Part shown: positions 1-9,583 of the stretch, one piece after another | Numbering within the stretch: the first letter of the stretch is position 1 | Layout of the letters: each line of letters begins with the position of its first letter | Assembly (NCBI GenBank): GCA_963666365.2 | Contig: CAXXNF010000002.1 | Location: 2,048,001 to 2,112,000 of the forward strand | Direction of reading: 5' to 3' | From: Syntrophales bacterium | GTDB taxonomy: Bacteria; Desulfobacterota; Syntrophia; Syntrophales; UBA2210 | DNA length: 64,000 nucleotides | The notes under the pieces: model-generated | The model's database searches: none | Seen by the model: the letters and a program-made list of their open reading frames with translations, nothing else | What the model was told of the DNA's origin: nothing | Translations under genes and position numbers: made by a program

Positions 1-305
1 AGTTCATGTCCCGTGGTAAAGCGATGCTTGAACTTCCCGAAAATTTCAGTGAGCCTTTCCCTTGAGGCGCCTGCAACAAACCGGCGGGGAGAAGGGCCCA
101 TTTTTTCAAGAACCGCGGCGATGCTCTTGTTGATTTGCGCCACTCTGCCATAGGCAAGAGAGGCAGCCAGAAATCCGACGACTTCCCGATCGCCGGGATC
201 GTCGAATCGATAAAGAAAGACCAGTGGATCGGTGACCACAAGATCCCGTCGGGCATACCTCTCGTAGACCTCATCGAAGAGCGGCATTAAGAGACGCAGG
301 TTCAT
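1..305 (-). CDS. TIGR02757/DUF2400 family protein (runs off the window's left edge)
   Basis: Not in ORF track; hand translation gives MNLRLLMPLFDEVYERYARRDLVVTDPLVFLYRFDDPGDREVVGFLAASLAYGRVAQI...FKHRFTTG, open to base 1. DP, DRE..G.....AYG and F.HRF motifs match the family. ATG overlaps the peroxiredoxin TGA (ATGA). Confidence 0.8.
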   Translation of the reverse strand, partial: MNLRLLMPLFDEVYERYARRDLVVTDPLVFLYRFDDPGDREVVGFLAASLAYGRVAQINKSIAAVLEKMGPSPRRFVAGASRERLTEIFGKFKHRFTTGHE

Positions 306-907
306 GGAACGAGCGCATCCAAGGCCTTTACGATGCTTTCAAGAGATGGCCGCTGATTGATATCATGGACATCGATATACCGAATGATCCCCTTGGAATC
401 GATGACGAAAATTGCCCGTTCCGCCATGCCGTCGGAGCGCAGCACCCCAAAGGAATCGGCCGCTTTGCCATGGGGCCAGAAATCGGACAGTACGGGGAAC
501 CACAGATCCCCCATCTGCGCCGTCCACGCAAAAAGTGTGGGGATATTGTCCACTGTGATACCCAGCAGTAGTGCATTTCGTTCTTCAAAAATATCCTTCA
601 CAATATTATATCCGGGCCACTGATCGGAGCAGACCGGCGTCCAGGCCGCCGGCACGAAAGAGATTATGACGTTTTTCCCACGAAACTGACTGAGGGACAA
701 CGTCTCTCCCGACAGGGCGGGCAGGGTGAAATCGGGTGCCTTGTCGCCGATCTTAACCTTGAGCGCGCTGTCGGTGGGCTTGAGGTTCTTCGGACTGTAG
801 ATGTTCGCCTTGAAGGCATCGGACAAACCGTAGGCCGGCGATAGGGAAAGGCCCACCAGGAGGACGCTTGTGAGTATCCCCCGGATAAGATTTCCTGTCG
901 TTTTCAT
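302..907 (-). CDS. AhpE-like 1-Cys peroxiredoxin with N-terminal signal peptide
   Basis: GDKAPDFTL, FVPAAWTPVC (PxxxTxxC), LSDFWPHG, ERAIFVID..G.IRY; hydrophobic N-terminus ending SPAYG. Confidence 0.85.
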   Translation of the reverse strand: MKTTGNLIRGILTSVLLVGLSLSPAYGLSDAFKANIYSPKNLKPTDSALKVKIGDKAPDFTLPALSGETLSLSQFRGKNVIISFVPAAWTPVCSDQWPGYNIVKDIFEERNALLLGITVDNIPTLFAWTAQMGDLWFPVLSDFWPHGKAADSFGVLRSDGMAERAIFVIDSKGIIRYIDVHDINQRPSLESIVKALDALVP

Positions 908-1497
908 TTCGCACTCTCCTTTCCGCTCAACCCCGATTCTCTTATCATCATATCCAAAAATGCGTCCACTGCTTCGAAGGCGCCCAGCTTTGAATAAAAG
1001 ACTCGCGTCGTTCCCTTTTCGCTGCGAATTCCTATGAAGTAGGGTGTCCGTACGTCGCCCAGGGCCCTGTGAATGGAAAAGTCGCCGTCTGCAAAAATCG
1101 GGAAGGGAACACGGTATTTCTTTCTGAACACATCCGCCTCATAGGGAGAGTTGCCCGCGGCAATGCCCAGTATTTTTATCCTCCCTCGCAGGGCGGCATC
1201 ATTTTCAATACGGTCATAGAGCTCGTTCATTTTAGGGGCCTCTGCCTGGCAATGGGGGCAGTACATGCTGAGGACTTCCACAATTATCATATCGGCCTTG
1301 ATGTCCGGCACAGTCATACTTTTTCCCCGCGTGACCCCCAGATAGTTCCTGTGCATGGAATCTTTCGGCACTGTCAAAGTAATTGCCGGGAATTCCTCCC
1401 CCACCGCGGGCGGCTTATCGGCGCCTTTCACATAACAGGGTGTAATGATGATACAGGAAATCACCACTACACACAGCGTCCTTAGTATTCGTCTCAT
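904..1497 (-). CDS. TlpA-like thiol:disulfide oxidoreductase, exported
   Basis: SMYCPHC (CxxC) and cis-Pro TP motif. Start moved to ATG 1497 after an AAGGAGGA RBS; signal peptide MRRILR... Confidence 0.8.
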   Translation of the reverse strand: MRRILRTLCVVVISCIIITPCYVKGADKPPAVGEEFPAITLTVPKDSMHRNYLGVTRGKSMTVPDIKADMIIVEVLSMYCPHCQAEAPKMNELYDRIENDAALRGRIKILGIAAGNSPYEADVFRKKYRVPFPIFADGDFSIHRALGDVRTPYFIGIRSEKGTTRVFYSKLGAFEAVDAFLDMMIRESGLSGKESAK

Positions 1498-1662
1498 GAC
1501 TCCTCCTTGCGGCATATCCCGAGTACCTACCTCTCACTCCGCGCACTATCATCGCTCCCGCGGCATTGACGTTGCCCCTGTGCCCTCGAATCGCCGCACC
1601 ACAGGTATGAGGGATGGTGTTGTGCGATGCGCCCTCTCTGCGAAGGGTGCACCGCCTGTCCA

Positions 1663-2037
1663 CTATTTTTTCCACAATCCATGGATGTTGCAGTATTCAC
1701 GCGCCGTCACCTCATCGGCCTTGATGCAGAACTCCGCTTCGGGGACTTCCCCCGGTTTGAGGAACTGTCGATAGGCCTTTCCGTCGGCAATCACTTCGAT
1801 CCATTCTATATAGTGTTTTTCCTCCATGGGATGAGCCGCGCTTCCCACCTTCACTTTGAATCCATCGGCGGTTTTTTCTACCACAGGCACATGCTTCTCA
1901 AGCGCCGCGTCAACTTCTCCCTCCTTCATACGTTTCATGGGCTCGTTGCAGCAGACAAGCGCTCCCTTGCCCCCATGAACGACCTCAACAATATTCCCGC
2001 AGATTGCGCACTTGTAAATCTCCATTTTTTCCGCCAT
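1663..2037 (-). CDS. dfx: Desulfoferrodoxin (2Fe superoxide reductase)
   Basis: [10 protein letters not shown]...LVCC desulforedoxin domain; [22 protein letters not shown]. Start moved to ATG 2037 after a GGAGGA RBS. Confidence 0.95.
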   Translation of the reverse strand: MAEKMEIYKCAICGNIVEVVHGGKGALVCCNEPMKRMKEGEVDAALEKHVPVVEKTADGFKVKVGSAAHPMEEKHYIEWIEVIADGKAYRQFLKPGEVPEAEFCIKADEVTAREYCNIHGLWKK

Positions 2038-2056
2038 GACTTGTTCCTCCTTATTA

Positions 2057-2539
2057 TTATTTCGCGTATTTTTTCTTCTGTTCCGACAAAATTTTGAAGT
2101 GCTTTCTCTCTTCATTGATGATCATGTCGATTTCCTCGTGCTGACTCTTCGCAATAAACCCTTTGATCTCCTGGTAATAGAGGATTGAATCCAGTTCCCT
2201 TCGAATGGCAAATTCAATCGCCGAAGGGGCGTCCTTTATTCCGGCCAGTTCACGATCCATCACCTCTTTGGTGAAAATAAGGTTATTGTCGGCATACTCC
2301 CGCAGATAGGCGCCGTATTCGCCGGGATAACTTTCAGGCGGATCACTTCGTTCAATACCCGAAAGTAACTTCTTAAAGATTTCTTTATGCGTGTCCTCTT
2401 CGCCGGCAAGCAATTCGAACAGGGCTTTCGCTTCCTGATTGTCCGCTATCTGAACTGCATAGCGGTAAAAATTGCTTCCGTTTTCCTCGATTCTCATGGC
2501 AATCTCAAAAATATCGCTCGCTTCAAATTCACTGCCCAT
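2057..2539 (-). CDS. Ferritin-like/rubrerythrin-family diiron protein
   Basis: [30 protein letters not shown] diiron motifs; no rubredoxin domain. Confidence 0.85.
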   Translation of the reverse strand: MGSEFEASDIFEIAMRIEENGSNFYRYAVQIADNQEAKALFELLAGEEDTHKEIFKKLLSGIERSDPPESYPGEYGAYLREYADNNLIFTKEVMDRELAGIKDAPSAIEFAIRRELDSILYYQEIKGFIAKSQHEEIDMIINEERKHFKILSEQKKKYAK

Positions 2540-2610
2540 GGTGTGCTCCTTTTCATTAAGCCTTTAGATTTTTTCTCCTTACAGTGTATGACTCTTAAGA
2601 TAATCTCGAA

Positions 2611-3315
2611 TCACTCCTTGTCAAACTCATCTTTGGAAGCCCCGCAGACGGGACAGGTCCATTCATCGGGCAGATCCTCAAAAGCAGTACCTGCGGGTAT
2701 ATTCCCTTCAGGGTCGCCCTTTTCAGGATCATACACATAGCCACAGACGGAACAGACATACCGGACCGGAGAGTCTTCTGCGGCTTTTGACGTCGCGGTC
2801 GCCGTCGCCCTTTCCTCTATGTAGGTGGCGGCATTCCTGGGTGTCTTGCCCCCTTTAATTTCGTGATAATAGGCATAGGTCATCGGTTCTCCTTCACTCA
2901 GCACATCAGCCTCGACGACTTCACCGACAAAAAGAGTGTGCGTGCTGAGTTCCACCTGTTTCGTCACTTTTACCTCGAGATAGGCGACCGTGTTGTCCAG
3001 CACGATGGGGGCTTTCGTAACGCCGGTTTTGTACCGCACATGTTCAAATTTGTCGATATCGCGACCGCTTTTGAATCCGAATGTGCCGATAAGGGTGAGC
3101 GGGGCATCCTGTGCCAGAATGGACATGGTGAAGACACCGCTTTTTTCTATGTATTCGTGGGTAAGATTGCCTTTGTTGATGCTGACGGCAATGGTTATGG
3201 GATCAGAAGTCGTCTGAAAGGCCGTATTGGCTATCTGACCATTGATCTTTTCTCCCGACAGAGACGTGACGATATACACGCCGTAACTCAGTTTGAAACA
3301 GGCTTTCACATTCAT
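2611..3315 (-). CDS. Flavin reductase-rubredoxin fusion (high-molecular-weight rubredoxin, Hrb-like)
   Basis: LSYGVYIV...THTLFVGEV...[14 protein letters not shown] plus C-terminal [10 protein letters not shown]...WTCPVCG. Start moved to ATG 3315. Confidence 0.9.
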   Translation of the reverse strand: MNVKACFKLSYGVYIVTSLSGEKINGQIANTAFQTTSDPITIAVSINKGNLTHEYIEKSGVFTMSILAQDAPLTLIGTFGFKSGRDIDKFEHVRYKTGVTKAPIVLDNTVAYLEVKVTKQVELSTHTLFVGEVVEADVLSEGEPMTYAYYHEIKGGKTPRNAATYIEERATATATSKAAEDSPVRYVCSVCGYVYDPEKGDPEGNIPAGTAFEDLPDEWTCPVCGASKDEFDKE

Positions 3316-3788
3316 GGGAACTTTCCTTTCACTGTCTGTATTGTAAACCGGCGACCGCCCTGCGGTCTCTTCTCGCCATATCGGGATTTCCGGAATACCT
3401 GAAATTGATAAAGGCGAATTCCGATACAATCCCCACCTTTCGTCAAGGTTTTATTCAATGTACCAAAAAAAAAAGGAGAAGGATACTCCATTCACGGGGC
3501 AGTAAATTTTTTCTGGACAATTAAGGGGCTTTATGCAACATTACCAAGCTCGGTGAAGGGGGAAAAGATTGCTGTTTGGGGCACATCATTGAGGTGCCGG
3601 GTCTTTTCTTCATTTTCACAGTTGTTGACGGTGCAGGTTTCGCAGGAAGCATCCGGTGCGCACGGACACGCAATATTCGGTTTCTTCCGAGTTTCTACGC
3701 GATGCTTCATCGGAAATTGCAGCGGCCAACGACGCATGGTAAGAAAAAAAGTGGAACTCTTAATACTAAACAGGAGGATATGTAAGAA

Positions 3789-4994
3789 ATGAGTGAACAA
3801 GAAGTTGTAATTGTAGAAGGCATGCGTACCGCATTCGGCAGAATGGGCGGAACACTGCGGGATATCTCGGCTGAAGAGCTGGCCGGTATCGGCATCAAAG
3901 GCCTGATCGAAAAAACAAAGATTCATGAGAAAGCCCACGTTGACTGCGTGTTCCTCGGATCGGCGGCCCATTGCTCCCGCGCCATGAACCCCGCCCGCTG
4001 GGCGCTCCTTTATGCCGGACTTCCCTACGAGACATCGGCAAGCTACATCGAAATGCAGTGCGGTTCAGGTATCGACTGTATTAACCACGCCGCCTGGAAA
4101 ATCCTTTGCGGCCATGCGGAAATCGTCATCGCCGGCGGCATGGAAGCCTACAGCCAGATCCCGGTAAAATTCTCCATGAGCCAGCCCCCCTATAAGCTGA
4201 TTCCGCCGATGCCGATGGAAACCCAGCTTTCACCTGTTCCGGAAGAGTGTATCGGAATGGGGCTCACGGCGGAAAATCTGCAGGTCATGTACGACATTCC
4301 CCGGCTCGCGTCTGATGAATTTGCCTTCCGTAGCCAGGTACTGGCCAAGAAGGCCATGGATGCCGGCTACTTTGACGAGGAAATCATTCCGGTAACCATT
4401 CCCCAGGGCAAGAAGAAACCCCCGATCGAGTTCAAGGTGGACGAGCATCCCCGCGAGACCTCCATGGAACTCCTGGCCAAACTGCCCGCAGTCTTCAAGC
4501 AGGGTGGCACCGTCACCGCCGGCAACTCCTCCGGCCGTAACGACGGCAGCGCCTTCGTGCTGATGATGACCGCGGAAAAGGCCAAGGAACTCGGCTACGA
4601 ACCCATGGCAAAGTGGATTGCCGGCGCCGACTGGGGCGTCGATCCCAAGATCATGGGTATTGCTCCCGGATACGCCATGCCCCAGGCGCTCAAGCGGGCG
4701 GGCCTGAAACTTGCGGATATGAACGTCATGGAATGCAACGAAGCCTTTGCCGTCCAGAATCTGGCCGTTATCAAGGAAATCGAAAACCAGACCGGGGAAA
4801 AGGTCAACATGGATGACTGGAACCCGAACGGCGGCGCCATCGCCTTCGGCCATCCCAACGGCGCATCCGGACCCCGTGTGTGCATGTTCACCATGCGCGA
4901 ACTGATCCGCAGAGGCGGCAAGTACGGCATCTTCGGCTCCTGCTGCGGCGGCGGTCTCGGCGTGGCCACGGTCATTGAAAACCTGAAGCGGTAA
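3789..4994 (+). CDS. Thiolase (acyl-CoA C-acyltransferase)
   Basis: QCGSG nucleophile, NEAFA, GHPNGASG, CCGGG; AGGAGG RBS. Confidence 0.95.
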   Translation: MSEQEVVIVEGMRTAFGRMGGTLRDISAEELAGIGIKGLIEKTKIHEKAHVDCVFLGSAAHCSRAMNPARWALLYAGLPYETSASYIEMQCGSGIDCINHAAWKILCGHAEIVIAGGMEAYSQIPVKFSMSQPPYKLIPPMPMETQLSPVPEECIGMGLTAENLQVMYDIPRLASDEFAFRSQVLAKKAMDAGYFDEEIIPVTIPQGKKKPPIEFKVDEHPRETSMELLAKLPAVFKQGGTVTAGNSSGRNDGSAFVLMMTAEKAKELGYEPMAKWIAGADWGVDPKIMGIAPGYAMPQALKRAGLKLADMNVMECNEAFAVQNLAVIKEIENQTGEKVNMDDWNPNGGAIAFGHPNGASGPRVCMFTMRELIRRGGKYGIFGSCCGGGLGVATVIENLKR

Positions 4995-5016
4995 CCATCG
5001 TTTTGCAGTATCTCGG

Positions 5017-5059
5017 GCAGTCTCCCTTCCCCGGGAGGGAGAAGGGAGACTGCTTTTTT
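5017..5059 (+). terminator. Intrinsic terminator after thiolase
   Basis: 13-bp stem GCAGTCTCCCTTC/GAAGGGAGACTGC followed by TTTTTT. Confidence 0.8.
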
Positions 5060-5141
5060 ATGTGTATTGTTTCTGATGGACGAATCACATGCGAATCGGC
5101 CGATTCGCACCACAAAATATTGAGCGGAAGGAGAAAATGCT

Positions 5142-6014
5142 ATGAAGATTGAAGACATTAAAAACATTTGTGTTGTCGGCGCCGGGAATATGGGGCATCA
5201 GATCGCGCTTCAGTGCGCTATTTCCGGTTACAAGGTAAAATGTACCGATGTAATTCCCGAAATTCTTAAAAAGGCCGAAGATTTTGCCGGCAGCTATCTG
5301 GAAGGCCGCGTGAAAAAAGGTAAAATGACGGAAGATCAGGCAAAGGAAATCAGGGGAAACATCTCCTTCACCCCAAGTCTGGAAGAAGCATCCAAGGACG
5401 CCGACTATGTAATCGAAGCAATCCTGGAGAGACTGGCGCTGAAACGAAAGGTCTTCGCCGACCTTGACAAATTCGCCCCGGCCCATGCCATTCTGGCAAC
5501 GAACAGCTCCATGATCGTAAGCTCCAAAATCGCCGACGCGACCAACCGTCCCTCCCAGGTCTGCAACCTCCACTTCTTCAACCCCGCACTGGTGATGAAG
5601 CTCGTGGAAGTCGTCCAGGGTCCCCATGTCTCCGACGAGACCGCCCAGATCTCGATGCAGCTCTGCGAAAAGATCGGCAAAGTACCCATTCACATCAAGA
5701 AAGAGGTCTGGGGATTCGTGCTGAACAGAATCTTCTCGGCCATTTCAAAGGAATCAATGTGGATGCTCGAAATGGGCGTGGCCTCCTTTGAAGATATCGA
5801 CAAGGCCTGTGTATACGGCGCCGGCCATCCCATGGGTCCCTTCCGCCTCAACGATCTGACCGGTCTGGATCTCTCCTACGACATCGGCATGGAACTGTTC
5901 CAGGAGACCGGCGACAGAGCCAACCTGCCGACACCGGAACTGGTCAAGAGAGTCTCCCGTGGAGATTTCGGCCAGAAGACCGGCAAAGGCTGGTACGATT
6001 ACACCAAAAAGTAG
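5142..6014 (+). CDS. 3-hydroxyacyl(butyryl)-CoA dehydrogenase
   Basis: GAGNMG, VIEAILE, ATNSS, HFFNP...LVEVV, GHPMGPF, GQKTGKGWY. Confidence 0.93.
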   Translation: MKIEDIKNICVVGAGNMGHQIALQCAISGYKVKCTDVIPEILKKAEDFAGSYLEGRVKKGKMTEDQAKEIRGNISFTPSLEEASKDADYVIEAILERLALKRKVFADLDKFAPAHAILATNSSMIVSSKIADATNRPSQVCNLHFFNPALVMKLVEVVQGPHVSDETAQISMQLCEKIGKVPIHIKKEVWGFVLNRIFSAISKESMWMLEMGVASFEDIDKACVYGAGHPMGPFRLNDLTGLDLSYDIGMELFQETGDRANLPTPELVKRVSRGDFGQKTGKGWYDYTKK

Positions 6015-6178
6015 TGATCAGGCGCGCAGACGCACCCGATTGACAGGATATTCTCTCATGCCGCCCTTACCACGGGGCGGCATGAGCGCATAGCCTTTTT
6101 TACACTACGCTGGAAGCGAAAACCACCTGAATGCACGGGTGGTTTTTCTTCATGGCCCGGACCAAGAAAGGAGCGCAC

Positions 6179-6472
6179 ATGGTTGCAATAATAGCAAAAA
6201 TGAAACTTAAGGAAGGCAACGTCGACGAGGCAATCAAACTTTTTGAGGCGGTGGTCCCCAAAGTACGGGAAGAGGAAGGCACGCTGGCCTATGGCATCTG
6301 CCGCGACAAGGCAAACCCGAATGTACTGGTGGTCATCGAACGGTACCGGGATATGGAAGCGATACAAGCGCACTCTTCGAGCGCCCATTTCAAGGAGTTT
6401 TCCAGGGCCATCGGACCGATTCTCGACGGCAAACCCGAAATAAGTGTTCTCGAGGAAGTTGTTTCGATATAA
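6179..6472 (+). CDS. ABM-family (putative quinol monooxygenase) protein
   Basis: VREEEGTLAY...IERY.D..AI.AH..S.HF. Start moved to ATG 6179 after AAGGAG. Confidence 0.8.
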   Translation: MVAIIAKMKLKEGNVDEAIKLFEAVVPKVREEEGTLAYGICRDKANPNVLVVIERYRDMEAIQAHSSSAHFKEFSRAIGPILDGKPEISVLEEVVSI

Positions 6473-6525
6473 CGCAGGATTCGGGAGGCCCGGCGCCATC
6501 AAGGGCCCAAGGGAAAAAGGGCATC

Positions 6526-6556
6526 AAAAACCCCGTCTCGAGAGGCGGGGTTTTTT
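6526..6556. terminator. Bidirectional terminator between convergent ABM and SDR genes
   Basis: AAAAACCCCGTCTC / GAGGCGGGGTTTTT stem with A and T tracts. Confidence 0.75.
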
Positions 6557-6595
6557 GTGTACCGGCCGTTGACGGAAAAACTGGCACTGCCGTCA

Positions 6596-7384
6596 CTATT
6601 TCGCCAGTTGCCCCCCATCGTTTACGAGCACGTGACCGGTCATAAAGGCCGAGGCATCGGAAGCGAGAAACACCGCCACGCCCTTCATGTCATCTTCGCC
6701 GCCGATCCTGTGCATGGGCACAACACTCAAGATCGCTTCCCTGACCTCTGCAAACTCCGGCTTCTCCACATAGGACATCATGTCGGTACCGAAAAATCCG
6801 GGGGCAATTGCATTGACCCTTATGTGGTACGGCGCAAGCTTTATAGCCAGATTCATGGTAAGAAGATTTATGGCTGCCTTGGTTGAATTGTAGGGAACCG
6901 CCGGATGACCCAGTTCGTCAGAACCCCTGAACCCCATGACGGACGAAATATTAATGATGTTCCCGCCACCCTGTTCCTTCATGACATTGGCGACTTTCTG
7001 TGTGAGAATCCATACGCCCCGCACATTGACGTCAAAGAGGTAATCCCATTTGTCCAGGGGAAATTCCAGCGTCGGCGCGCCCCAGGTGGCGCCGGCGTTA
7101 TTGACCAGGATGTCGATACGGGGAAACGTATTCTTCACCGTTTTCAGCATCTCATCGATATCCTGCTCTTTGCTCACATCGCAGGCAATGGGAAGCACCT
7201 TTACACCGCACTGCGTTTCAAGGTCCCGGGCAGTCGCTTCAAGATTTTTCATTTTTCGGGACGTAATCACGACATTCGCACCCGCCTCCGCCAGCCCCGT
7301 GGCGATGAATTTCCCTATTCCGCGGCCGCCGCCCGTCACTATGGCAACCTTTCCGTCCAGCCTGAAAAGATCCTGTAATTTCAT
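6596..7384 (-). CDS. SDR-family NAD(P)-dependent oxidoreductase
   Basis: TGGGRGIG, NNAG, YNSTK (YxxxK), VNAIAPG. Confidence 0.92.
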   Translation of the reverse strand: MKLQDLFRLDGKVAIVTGGGRGIGKFIATGLAEAGANVVITSRKMKNLEATARDLETQCGVKVLPIACDVSKEQDIDEMLKTVKNTFPRIDILVNNAGATWGAPTLEFPLDKWDYLFDVNVRGVWILTQKVANVMKEQGGGNIINISSVMGFRGSDELGHPAVPYNSTKAAINLLTMNLAIKLAPYHIRVNAIAPGFFGTDMMSYVEKPEFAEVREAILSVVPMHRIGGEDDMKGVAVFLASDASAFMTGHVLVNDGGQLAK

Positions 7385-7912
7385 TGGTATCCTCCTGTTT
7401 GGTATTTACAGCTCCCTCGCACAACCGCACAATGAGCTTTCACTTTTCACGTCTCGCGATTGTCTTTACCTCAACTGAGGGAAAGATGCAAAGTAATTTA
7501 CATGATTCCCCCTGCCATAGACCGGCCGTTCTCGAGTCACGTTCCTCTTCGCACTAATCCATTACTGTGGACCTCCGGGAACACCTTTCGATAATCACAG
7601 TGACTGCTGCGGTTGCGGGAACGTAAAAAGAACTTGACAATGGTGTGGTCCTATCTTAATACTCAGCACAAGTGTAAGATGAGTCGAGGCGGGCGCCTGA
7701 TAAAAATTGCCTACCTGAGAGAGTGTTCACAGGTGATCTTGATTTATTCATATATTGACCTTGCAATCGTTCACAGGGCATGATGTTTCCTTCACAGGTC
7801 ACACATCTTTTATGGAAACAGGTTGACTTCGTTCACCAATTTTTCGGCATGCCCTTTTCAGTACTTATAATGCCGGGAAGCATCCCGGCACACATTAAAA
7901 GGAGGTATGTGT

Positions 7913-9256
7913 ATGAATTTTTTCGTAAAAAGATGTGCAATTCTTACCTGTATCTGTGCCCTGGCCCTCTGTTTTCTGGGGACCAGCGCAACGGCCATGC
8001 CGGCCTTCGACATTTACAAAATGTCCGATATGACCGGCTTTGACCCCAATACGTACAAAAACCCCGAAGGTGATGATGTCGTCAAGATAGGCCTGCTTCA
8101 GATTTTTTCGGGTCCCGCCGCGGGAAACGGTGAAATTTTCTGGGCCACCTGCACCTGGAACGCCTACGACATCAACAAGCGGGGCGGTCTTATGGTAGAC
8201 GGGAAGAAGAAAAAGGTCGTTATTCTCAAAGGCGACACCCAGGGAAAACCGACCACCACGAAAAAAGAGGCGGAAAAGCTCTGCCTCGAAGAGAAGGTGG
8301 ATGTCCTCTGGGGGACCTCGGGCAGCCACAACTGCCTCGTCATTCAGAATGTGGCAAAAAAATACAAGACCATTTTCGTCAACACCCTCGGCCTTGCAGA
8401 TACGCTTATGGACGGCAAGAATTTCAATCGCTACACCTTTAAAACTATTCAGTCAACTCAGATGCATGGTGCGGCACTTGCCTACTTCTATTCAAAACGG
8501 CCCGAAAAGAAATTCTACATTCTCAATCAGGACTATGTGTACGGTCATGATATGGCTGCAGGATTTAAACGGGGACTCAAACTGTATAAGCCGGACGCTG
8601 TTATTGTCGGCGAGACCTACCATCCCCTTTTCATGAAGGATATCGCCCCCTACGTCACCAAGATCACGGCCTCCGGCGCTGAGGTGGTCTTCAGTTCTGA
8701 CTGGCTGCCCGACGGCGGCAATCTGCTCAAGACCATGCGCGAACTGGGCGTAAACCTGCCTATCGCCAATATTTACGTCGATGAACCGAACGCACTCACG
8801 GCGGTCGGTATCGAAGGGACGAAGGGTCTGGTCAACCAGAAGGACTTTCTCATCGGCTTTGATACGCCGGAGAGTACCAAGTGGCTTACCGACTGGAATA
8901 ACTGCTGGAAAACATGGTCGAAACCCTATGACAGCCAGCTCTATAAGTGGAATTCGGGAACCCTCGGCCAGGTCATCGAAGACACCTATTGGCTTTTCGA
9001 CGTGATGGAACGCGCGGGCAGCACCGACCCCGAAAAAATCATCGCCACCTGGGAAGGCGATGAATACAAGGCCATCTCTAGGGTGCGTAAAATGCGCGCC
9101 TGTGACCACCATGCGGTAAACGACACCTTCGTCACCGAATACGTATTCCCCAATCCCTTCTTTGACGGCATGGCCGCCGGAAAAGACATCATACGGATCC
9201 CGGCTGAGTATTGCACCCATCCCATACCGGAAGATCTGGACCGATGCAAGAAATAG
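7913..9256 (+). CDS. Liv-type (HAAT family) ABC substrate-binding protein
   Basis: Signal peptide; KIGL..IFSGP, INKRGG, QDYVYGH; adjacent to livHMGF-like genes. ATG 7913 preferred for RBS spacing. Confidence 0.88.
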   Translation: MNFFVKRCAILTCICALALCFLGTSATAMPAFDIYKMSDMTGFDPNTYKNPEGDDVVKIGLLQIFSGPAAGNGEIFWATCTWNAYDINKRGGLMVDGKKKKVVILKGDTQGKPTTTKKEAEKLCLEEKVDVLWGTSGSHNCLVIQNVAKKYKTIFVNTLGLADTLMDGKNFNRYTFKTIQSTQMHGAALAYFYSKRPEKKFYILNQDYVYGHDMAAGFKRGLKLYKPDAVIVGETYHPLFMKDIAPYVTKITASGAEVVFSSDWLPDGGNLLKTMRELGVNLPIANIYVDEPNALTAVGIEGTKGLVNQKDFLIGFDTPESTKWLTDWNNCWKTWSKPYDSQLYKWNSGTLGQVIEDTYWLFDVMERAGSTDPEKIIATWEGDEYKAISRVRKMRACDHHAVNDTFVTEYVFPNPFFDGMAAGKDIIRIPAEYCTHPIPEDLDRCKK

Positions 9257-9283
9257 ACCGGTAACGGAGCGGCAATTCACCCC

Positions 9284-9321
9284 GTGGGGATTTCCCTTCT
9301 CCTTAGAAGGGGAATCCCCAC
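9284..9321 (+). terminator. Strong stem-loop after binding-protein gene (terminator or mRNA-stabilising)
   Basis: GTGGGGATTTCCCTTCT-cctt-AGAAGGGGAATCCCCAC; no immediate U-tract. Confidence 0.6.
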
Positions 9322-9548
9322 ATGAAAAATTGATGCCTTCATAGCGCGAGAGGGGTGTTTTTTTGCAATGGCCTGTGTTGGAAAAAACGCAAACGTCTCA
9401 AACCTTTTCCATCCTACAGAATATTGAAAATTCATTAACCCATTGCCGGCACAATTATTCCTTTTATGTTTCATATATACATATAGTTACGCTCATAATA
9501 CTGACCCAGGGTCATATTTTTTTTATTTCAGGTATTTTAATTTTTTAC

Positions 9549-9577
9549 TTGACAAGCATCGTCTCTTTGGCTAGGTT
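9549..9577 (+). promoter_or_regulatory. sigma70-type promoter for livH-like operon
   Basis: TTGACA-17 nt-TAGGTT preceded by an AT-rich tract. Confidence 0.6.
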
Positions 9578-9583
9578 CACCCG

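Noticed and set aside
620..645. Possible selenocysteine at the peroxiredoxin active site
   Set aside because: The codon is TGC (Cys). I saw no gene in the window that needs TGA read-through.
3465..3474. A10 homopolymer in the divergent promoter region as a phase-variation tract
   Set aside because: I could not place it inside a defined promoter spacer. It may be an UP-like tract, and length variation cannot be judged from one sequence.
3575..3595. GGGCAC-N4-TTGA as a sigma54 promoter for the thiolase
   Set aside because: The invariant -12 GC dinucleotide is absent
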